Shown: positions 54,653 to 64,000 of the stretch, piece after piece
How the letters are laid out: the number at the start of each line of letters is the position of its first letter
How positions within the stretch are numbered: position 1 is the stretch's first letter
Source: Lingula anatina
Taxonomy: Eukaryota; Animalia; Brachiopoda
NCBI GenBank assembly: GCA_051362555.1
Contig: CM120646.1
Span: 10,726,001-10,790,000 of the forward strand
Length of the DNA stretch: 64,000 bases
Reading direction: 5' to 3'
Notes under the pieces: model-generated
Told to the model about the DNA's origin: nothing
The model's database searches: none
The model's input: the letters and a program-made list of their open reading frames with translations, nothing else
Made by a program: the position numbers and the translations under genes

Positions 54653-55771
54653 CACAGATAACTGATCAGCTTATCACTGATTTTTATTGCTGTTAAGCAT
54701 CATTTGTGAAAATTTCAGAAATGCTGGACAAGATTTGACAAAATTATTAACGTTTAACTATTTTAAGTCATGGTACTTGTCAGACTTTTTAATGTAATTT
54801 TCAGTTTTTCTCAATATATTGTCTGAAGAAGAAACTTTCTATTAGACACAGTCAACTGATCAGCTTATCACAGATTTTTATTGTTGTTAAGCATCATTTG
54901 TACAAATTTCAGAAATATTGGACAAGATTTGACAAAATTATTAACGTTTAACTATTTTAAGTCTTGGGATTTGCCTGTCTTTTCGTTTTAATTTTGAGAT
55001 TTTTCAAATATATTTTCCAAAGAAGACACTTTCTATTAGACACAGTCAACTGATCAGCTTATCACAGATTTTTATTGTTATTAAGCATCTTTTATACCAA
55101 TTTCAGAAATATTGGACAAGATTTGACAAAATTATTAACGTTTAACTATTTTAAGTCTAGGGATTTGACAGTCTTTTTAATATAATTTTCAGTTTTCCCA
55201 AATATATTGTCCAAAGAAAATACTTCTCATTAGACACAGTCAACTGATCAGCTTATCACAGATTTTTGTTGTTGTTAAGCATCTTTTGTACAAATTTCAG
55301 AAATATTGGACAAGATTTGACAAAATTATTAACGTTTAACTATTTTGTCCTGGGATTTGCCAGTCTTTTCAATGTAACTTTAAATTTTCCTAAATATATT
55401 GTCCAAAGAAAATACTTCTCATTAGACACAGTCAACTGATCAGCTTATCACAGATTTTTATTGTTGTTAAGCATGATTTGTACGAATATCAGAATTATTG
55501 GACAAGATTTGTCAAAATTATTAACATTTAACTATTTTAAGCCATGGAATTTGCCTGTCTTTTCGTTGTAATTTTGAGTTTTTCTAAATATATTTTCCAA
55601 AGAAGACACTTTTTATTATACACAGTCAACTGATCAGCTTATCACAGATTTTTATTGTTGTTAAGCATTTTTTGTACCAATTTCAAAAATGTTGGACAAG
55701 ATTTGACAAAATTATTAACGTTTAACTTTTTTAAGTTTTGGGATTTGCCAGTCTTTTCAATGTGATTTTCA

Positions 55772-56183
55772 TTCTTTTTTCAGTTATATTGTTCTTTTTC
55801 CAGAGTACCCTTATCATGAAAAAGCAGACAGTGAAAGCCGGGATCAAGAGCAGCACCATGTCTTGTCCATGTGTACAATACATGATATGAAGCAAGATTT
55901 AGTGCATTGTCAAGTATTGTGGTAGCAGCAACCCATTCCAGAAACCCATTGTAAGGAGGAATCTGCATCTGGCATTGATAGTAAGGAGAAGTCCTGTATG
56001 GGTATATATTGTTTTCCAGATGACAGTTCTAGGTAATTTGCAACCTCGTACACAAACAAACTCAAATCACCACATTTGCTGTTTTCTTTATTGGTAAACA
56101 ATACATTGCAATATTGAAATATTTTTTGGTTAATTCTCACTCTTCTGATTATCAAATTTCAATAAACTTGACATTAAAAAAAA
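55772..56183 (+). repeat. Cassette copy 31, type A (GCCGGG)
   Basis: A markers; 1531-bp period. Confidence 0.93.
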
Positions 56184-57302
56184 CACAGATAACTGATCAG
56201 CTTATCACTGATTTTTATTGCTGTTAAGCATCATTTGTGAAAATTTCAGAAATGCTGGACAAGATTTGACAAAATTATTAATGTTTAACTATTTTAAGTC
56301 ATGGTACTTGTCAGACTTTTTAATGTAATTTTCAGTTTTTCTCAATATATTGTCTGAAGAAGAAACTTACTATTAGACACAGTCAACTGATCAGCTTATC
56401 ACAGATTTTTATTGTTGTTAAGCATCATTTGTACAAATTTCAGAAATATTGGACAAGATTTGACAAAATTATTAACGTTTAACTATTTTAAGTTTTGGGA
56501 TTTGCCTGTCTTTTCGTTTTAATTTTGAGATTTTTCAAATATATTTTCCAAAGAAGACACTTTCTATTAGACACAGTCAACTGATCAGCTTATCACAGAT
56601 TTTTATTGTTATTAAGCATCTTTTATACCAATTTCAGAAATATTGGACAAGATTTGACAAAATTATTAACGTTTAACTATTTTAAGTCTAGGGATTTGAC
56701 AGTCTTTTTAATATAATTTTCAGTTTTCCCAAATATATTGTCCAAAGAAAATACTTCTCATTAGACACAGTCAACTGATCAGCTTATCACAGATTTTTGT
56801 TGTTGTTAAGCATCTTTTGTACAAATTTCAGAAATATTGGACAAGATTTGACAAAATTATTAACGTTTAACTATTTTGTCCTGGGATTTGCCAGTCTTTT
56901 CAATGTAACTTTAAATTTTCCTAAATATATTGTCCAAAGAAAATACTTCTCATTAGACACAGTCAACTGATCAGCTTATCACAGATTTTTATTGTTGTTA
57001 AGCATGATTTGTACGAATATCAGAATTATTGGACAAGATTTGTCAAAATTATTAACATTTAACTATTTTAAGCCATGGAATTTGCCTGTCTTTTCGTTGT
57101 AATTTTGAGTTTTTCTAAATATATTTTCCAAAGAAGACACTTTTTATTATACACAGTCAACTGATCAGCTTATCACAGATTTTTATTGTTGTTAAGCATT
57201 TTTTGTACCAATTTCAAAAATGTTGGACAAGATTTGACAAAATTATTAACGTTTAACTTTTTTAAGTTTTGGGATTTGCCAGTCTTTTCAATGTGATTTT
57301 CA

Positions 57303-57714
57303 TTCTTTTTTCAGTTATATTGTTCTTTTTCCAGAGTACCCTTATCATGAAAAAGCAGACAGTGAAAGCCGGGATCAAGAGCAGCACCATGTCTTGTCCA
57401 TGTGTACAATACATGATATGAAGCAAGATTTAGTGCATTGTCAAGTATTGTGGTAGCAGCAACCCATTCCAGAAACCCATTGTAAGGAGGAATCTGCATC
57501 TGGCATTGATAGTAAGGAGAAGTCCTGTATGGGTATATATTGTTTTCCAGATGACAGTTCTAGGTAATTTGCAACCTCGTACACAAACAAACTCAAATCA
57601 CCACATTTGCTGTTTTCTTTATTGGTAAACAATACATTGCAATATTGAAATATTTTTTGGTTAATTCTCACTCTTCTGATTATCAAATTTCAATAAACTT
57701 GACATTAAAAAAAA
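57303..57714 (+). repeat. Cassette copy 32, type A (GCCGGG)
   Basis: A markers; 1531-bp period. Confidence 0.93.
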
Positions 57715-59219
57715 CACAGATAACTGATCAGCTTATCACTGATTTTTATTGCTGTTAAGCATCATTTGTGAAAATTTCAGAAATGCTGGACAAGATTTGA
57801 CAAAATTATTAATGTTTAACTATTTTAAGTCATGGTACTTGTCAGACTTTTTAATGTAATTTTCAGTTTTTCTCAATATATTGTCTGAAGAAGAAACTTA
57901 CTATTAGACACAGTCAACTGATCAGCTTATCACAGATTTTTATTGTTGTTAAGCATCATTTGTACAAATTTCAGAAATATTGGACAAGATTTGACAAAAT
58001 TATTAACGTTTAACTATTTTAAGTTTTGGGATTTGCCTGTCTTTTCGTTTTAATTTTGAGATTTTTCAAATATATTTTCCAAAGAAGACACTTTCTATTA
58101 GACACAGTCAACTGATCAGCTTATCACAGATTTTTATTGTTATTAAGCATCTTTTATACCAATTTCAGAAATATTGGACAAGATTTGACAAAATTATTAA
58201 CGTTTAACTATTTTAAGTCTAGGGATTTGACAGTCTTTTTAATATAATTTTCAGTTTTCCCAAATATATTGTCCAAAGAAAATACTTCTCATTAGACACA
58301 GTCAACTGATCAGCTTATCACAGATTTTTGTTGTTGTTAAGCATCTTTTGTACAAATTTCAGAAATATTGGACAAGATTTGACAAAATTATTAACGTTTA
58401 ACTATTTTGTCCTGGGATTTGCCAGTCTTTTCAATGTAACTTTAAATTTTCCTAAATATATTGTCCAAAGAAAATACTTCTCATTAGACACAGTCAACTG
58501 ATCAGCTTATCACAGATTTTTATTGTTGTTAAGCATGATTTGTACGAATATCAGAATTATTGGACAAGATTTGTCAAAATTATTAACATTTAACTATTTT
58601 AAGTCTAGGGATTTGACAGTCTTTTTAATATAATTTTCAGTTTTCCCAAATATATTGTCCAAAGAAAATACTTCTCATTAGACACAGTCAACTGATCAGC
58701 TTATCACAGATTTTTGTTGTTGTTAAGCATCTTTTGTACAAATTTCAGAAATATTGGACAAGATTTGACAAAATTATTAACGTTTAACTATTTTGTCCTG
58801 GGATTTGCCAGTCTTTTCAATGTAACTTTAAATTTTCCTAAATATATTGTCCAAAGAAAATACTTCTCATTAGACACAGTCAACTGATCAGCTTATCACA
58901 GATTTTTATTGTTGTTAAGCATGATTTGTACGAATATCAGAATTATTGGACAAGATTTGTCAAAATTATTAACATTTAACTATTTTAAGCCATGGAATTT
59001 GCCTGTCTTTTCGTTGTAATTTTGAGTTTTTCTAAATATATTTTCCAAAGAAGACACTTTTTATTATACACAGTCAACTGATCAGCTTATCACAGATTTT
59101 TATTGTTGTTAAGCATTTTTTGTACCAATTTCAAAAATGTTGGACAAGATTTGACAAAATTATTAACGTTTAACTTTTTTAAGTTTTGGGATTTGCCAGT
59201 CTTTTCAATGTGATTTTCA

Positions 59220-59623
59220 TTCTTTTTTCAGTTATATTGTTCTTTTTCCAGAGTACCCTTATCATGAAAAAGCAGACAGTGAAAGCCGGGATCAAGAGCA
59301 GCACCATGTCTTGTCCATGTGTACAATACATGATATGAAGCAAGATTTAGTGCATTGTCAAGTATTGTGGTAGCAGCAACCCATTCCAGAAACCCATTGT
59401 AAGGAGGAATCTGCATCTGGCATTGATAGTAAGGAGAAGTCCTGTATATTGTTTTCCAGATGACAGTTCTAGGTAATTTGCAACCTCGTACACAAACAAA
59501 CTCAAATCACCACATTTGCTGTTTTCTTTATTGGTAAACAATACATTGCAATATTGAAATATTTTTTGGTTAATTCTCACTCTTCTGATTATCAAATTTC
59601 AATAAACTTGACATTAAAAAAAA
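59220..59623 (+). repeat. Cassette copy 33, type A with 8-bp deletion
   Basis: Twin of copy 14. Confidence 0.92.
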
Positions 59624-61721
59624 CACAGATAACTGATCAGCTTATCACTGATTTTTATTGCTGTTAAGCATCATTTGTGAAAATTTCAGAAATGCTGGAC
59701 AAGATTTGACAAAATTATTAACGTTTAACTATTTTAAGTCATGGTACTTGTCAGACTTTTTAATGTAATTTTCAGTTTTTCTCAATATATTGTCCGAAGA
59801 AGAAACTTTCTATTAGACACAGTCAACTGATCAGCTTATCACAGATTTTTATTGTTGTTAAGCATCATTTGTACAAATTTCAGAAATATTGGACAAGATT
59901 TGACAAAATTATTAACGTTTAACTATTTTAAGTCTTGGGATTTGCCTGTCTTTTCGTTTTAATTTTGAGATTTTTCAAATATATTTTCCAAAGAAGACAC
60001 TTTCTATTAGACACAGTCAACTGATCAGCTTATCACAGATTTTTATTGTTATTAAGCATCTTTTGTACCAATTTCAGAAATATTGGACAAGATTTGACAA
60101 AATTATTAACGTTTAACTATTTTAAGTCTAGGGATTTGACAGTCTTTTTAATATAATTTTCAGTTTTCCCAAATATATTGTCCAAAGAAAATACTTCTCA
60201 TTAGACACAGTCAACTGATGAGCTCATCACAGATTTTTATTGTTGTTAAGCATGTTAATTTGAATTGTACGAATATCAGAATTACTGGACAAGATTTGAC
60301 AAAATTATTAACATTTAACTATTTTAAGCCATGGAATTTGCCTGTCTTTTTGTTGTTATTTTGAGTTTTCCTAAATATATTTTCCAAAGAAGACACTTTC
60401 TATTAGACACAGTCAACTGATCAGCTTATCACAGATTTTTATTGTTGTTAAGCATCTTTTATACCAATTTCAGAAATATTGGACAAGATTTGACAAAATT
60501 ATTAACGTTTAACTATTTTAAGTCTAGGGATTTGACAGTCTTTTTAATGTCATTTTCAGTTTTCCCAAATATATTGTCCAAAGAAAATACTTTTCATTAG
60601 ACACAGTCAACTGATCAACTTAAAACAGATTTTTATTGTTGTTAAGCATCTTTTGTACCAATTTCAAAAATGTTGGAAAAAGATTTGACAAAATTATTAA
60701 CGTTTAACTTTTTTAAGTTTTGGGATTTTCCAGTCTTTTTAATGTCATTTTGAGTTTTCCCAAATATATTTTCCAAAGAAGACACTTTTTTTTGGCACAG
60801 TCAACTGATCAGCTTATCACAGATTTTTATTGTTGTTAAGCATCATTTATACAAATTTCAGAAATATTGGACAAGATTTGTCAAAATTATTAACATTTAA
60901 CTATTTTAAGTCATGGTACTTGTCAGACTTTTTAATGTAATTTTCAGTTTTCTCAATATATTGTCCAAAGAAAATACTTTCTATTAGACACAGTCAACTG
61001 ATCAGTTTATCACAGATTTTTATTGTTGTTAAGCATCATTTGTACAAATTTCAGAAATATTGGACAAGATTTGACAAAATTATTAATGTTTAACTATTTT
61101 AAGTCTAGGGATTTGCCAGTCTTTTCAATGTAACTTTAAATTTTCCTAAATATATTGTCCAAAGAAAATACTTCTCATTAGACACAGTCAACTGATCAGC
61201 TTATCACAGATTTTTATTGTTGTTAAGCATGATTTGTACGAATATCAGAATTATTGGACAAGATTTGTCAAAATTATTAACATTTAACTATTTTAAGCCA
61301 TGGAATTTGCCTGTCTTTTCGTTGTAATTTTGAGTTTTTCTAAATATATTTTCCAAAGAAGACACTTTTTATTATACACAGTCAACTGATCAGCTTATCA
61401 CAGATTTTTATTGTTGTTAAGCATTTTTTGTACCAATTTCAAAAATGTTGGACAAGATTTGACAAAATTATTAACGTTTAACTTTTTTAAGTTTTGGGAT
61501 TTGCCAGTCTTTTCAATGTGATTTTCAGTTTTCCCAAATATATTGTCCAAAGAAAATACTTTTCATTAGACACAGTCAACTGATCAGCTTATCACAGATT
61601 TTTATTGTTGTTAAGCATCTTTTGTACCAATTTCAAAAATGTTGGATAAGATTTGACAAAATTATTAATGTTTAACTATTTTTAGTTTTGGGATTTTCCA
61701 GTCTTTTCAATGTGATTTTCA

Positions 61722-62136
61722 TTCTTTTTTCAGTTATATTGTTCTTTTTCTAGACTACCCTTACCATGAAAAAGCAGACAGTGAAAGATGAGATCAAGAG
61801 CAGCACCATGTCTTTTCCATGTGTACAATACATGATATGAAGCAAGATTTAGGGCATTGTCAAGTACTATTGTGCTAACAGCAACCCATTCCAGAAACCC
61901 ATTGTAAGGAGGAATCTGCATCTGGCATTGATAGTAAGGAGAAGTTTTGTATGGGTATATATTGTTTTCCAGATGACAGTTCTAGGTAATTTGCAACCTC
62001 GTACACAAACAAACTCAAATCACCAAATTTGCTGTTTTCTTTATTGGTAAACAATACATTGCAATATTGAAATATTTTTTGGTTAATTCTCACTTTTTTG
62101 ATTATCAATTTTCAATAAACTTGACATTAAAAAAAA
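61722..62136 (+). repeat. Cassette copy 34, type B
   Basis: B markers. Confidence 0.93.
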
Positions 62137-63644
62137 CACAGATAACTGATCAGCTTATTACTGATTTTTATTGCTGTTAAGCATCATTTGTGAAAATTTC
62201 AGAAACGCTGGACAAGATTTGACAAAATTATTATTGTTTAACTATTTTAAGTCATGGTATTTGCCAGTCTTTTCAATGTAACTTTAAATTTTCCTAAATA
62301 TATTGTCCAAAGAAAATACTTCTCATTAGACACAGTCAACTGATCAGCTTATCACAGATTTTTATTGTTGTTAAGCATGATTTGTACAAATATCAGAATT
62401 ATTGGACAAGATTTGTCAAAATTATTAACATTTAACTATTTTAAGCCATGGAATTTGCCTGTCTTTTCGTTGTAATTTTGAGTTTTTCTAAATATATTTT
62501 CCAAAGAAGACACTTTTTATTATACACAGTCAACTGATCAGCTTATCACAGATTTTTATTGTTGTTAAGCATTTTTTGTACCAATTTCAAAAATGTTGGA
62601 CAAGATTTGACAAAATTATTAACGTTTAACTTTTTTAAGTTTTGGGATTTGCCAGTCTTTTCAATGTGATTTTCAGTTTTCCCAAATATATTGTCCAAAG
62701 AAAATACTTTTCATTAGACACAGTCAACTGATCAGCTTATCACAGATTTTTATTGTTGTTAAGCGTTTTTTGTACCAATTTCAAAAATGTTGGACAAGAT
62801 TTGACAAAATTATTAACGTTTAACTATTTTAAGTCTAGGGATTTGCCAGTCTTTTTAATGTCATTTTCAGTTTTTTTCAAATATATTTTCCAAAGAAGAC
62901 ACTTTTTTTTTGGCACAGTCAACTGATCAGCTTATCACAGATTTTTATTGTTGTTAAGCATCTTTTGTACCGATTTCAGAAATATTGGAGAAGATTTGAC
63001 AAAATTATTAACGTTTAACTATTTTGTCCTGGGATTTGCCTATCTTTTCGTTGTAATTTTGAGTTTTCCCAAATATATTGTCCAAAGAAAATACTTCTCA
63101 TTAGACACAGTCAACTGATCAGCTTATCACAGATTTTTATTGTTGTTAAGCATGATTTGTACGAATATCAGAATTATTGGACAAGATTTGTCAAAATTAT
63201 TAACATTTAACTATTTTAAGCCATGGAATTTGCCTGTCTTTTCGTTGTAATTTTGAGTTTTTCTAAATATATTTTCCAAAGAAGACACTTTTTATTATAC
63301 ACAGTCAACTGATCAGCTTATCACAGATTTTTATTGTTGTTAAGCATTTTTTGTACCAATTTCAAAAATGTTGGACAAGATTTGACAAAATTATTAACGT
63401 TTAACTTTTTTAAGTTTTGGGATTTGCCAGTCTTTTCAATGTGATTTTCAGTTTTCCCAAATATATTGTCCAAAGAAAATACTTTTCATTAGACACAGTC
63501 AACTGATCAGCTTATCACAGATTTTTATTGTTGTTAAGCATCTTTTGTACCAATTTCAAAAATGTTGGATAAGATTTGACAAAATTATTAATGTTTAACT
63601 ATTTTTAGTTTTGGGATTTTCCAGTCTTTTCAATGTGATTTTCA

Positions 63645-64000
63645 TTCTTTTTTCAGTTATATTGTTCTTTTTCTAGACTACCCTTACCATGAAAAAGCAG
63701 ACAGTGAAAGATGAGATCAAGAGCAGCACCATGTCTTTTCCATGTGTACAATACATGATATGAAGCAAGATTTAGGGCATTGTCAAGTACTATTGTGCTA
63801 ACAGCAACCCATTCCAGAAACCCATTGTAAGGAGGAATCTGCATCTGGCATTGATAGTAAGGAGAAGTTTTGTATGGGTATATATTGTTTTCCAGATGAC
63901 AGTTCTAGGTAATTTGCAACCTCGTACACAAACAAACTCAAATCACCAAATTTGCTGTTTTCTTTATTGGTAAACAATACATTGCAATATTGAAATATTT
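63645..64000 (+). repeat. Cassette copy 35, type B (cut by window end)
   Basis: B markers. Confidence 0.92.

Larger units (their letters stand above)
53700..58590 (+). repeat. 1531-bp higher-order repeat (type A cassette unit plus 5 monomers), about 3 copies
   Basis: Offsets 54249, 55780, 57311; also 20303-21834. Boundaries are approximate. Confidence 0.88.
1..64000 (+). repeat. Composite satellite DNA array: 194-bp monomers with 35 interspersed ~415-bp cassettes; runs off both window ends
   Basis: The anchor GTCAACTGATCAG recurs at 153, 347, 541 and 735 (194-bp period) and throughout the window. No unique sequence was seen and all units share one orientation. Confidence 0.98.
40462..64000 (+). 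repeat. Second copy of a large direct duplication of about 6710-28523
   Basis: Cassette order and rare variants recur at offsets 33752, 33946 and 35477. Confidence 0.9.

Overview
The entire 64 kb window is one AT-rich, head-to-tail tandem array of eukaryotic type with no credible intact protein-coding gene. It has two components. The first is about 260 copies of a 194-bp satellite monomer anchored on ACACAGTCAACTGATCAGCTTATCACAG. The second is 35 copies of a ~415-bp cassette that always sits at the same monomer position and in the same orientation, separated by 2-11 plain monomers. On the + strand the cassette looks like a spliceosomal exon: a polypyrimidine/YAG acceptor, a 249/252-nt more GC-rich segment, an AG|GTAATT donor and a downstream AATAAA. 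Every copy has an in-frame stop at the same codon (TAG or TAA). The cassette's last ~60 bp align in register with the monomer, suggesting the satellite grew out of the intron of an amplified exon-intron unit; this origin model is inference. The array is hierarchical: higher-order repeats of 1148, 1531 and 1923 bp, a ~6 kb block present three times, and a ~22 kb segment duplicated ~34-35 kb downstream. The supplied ORFs are best read as incidental products of the repeats.
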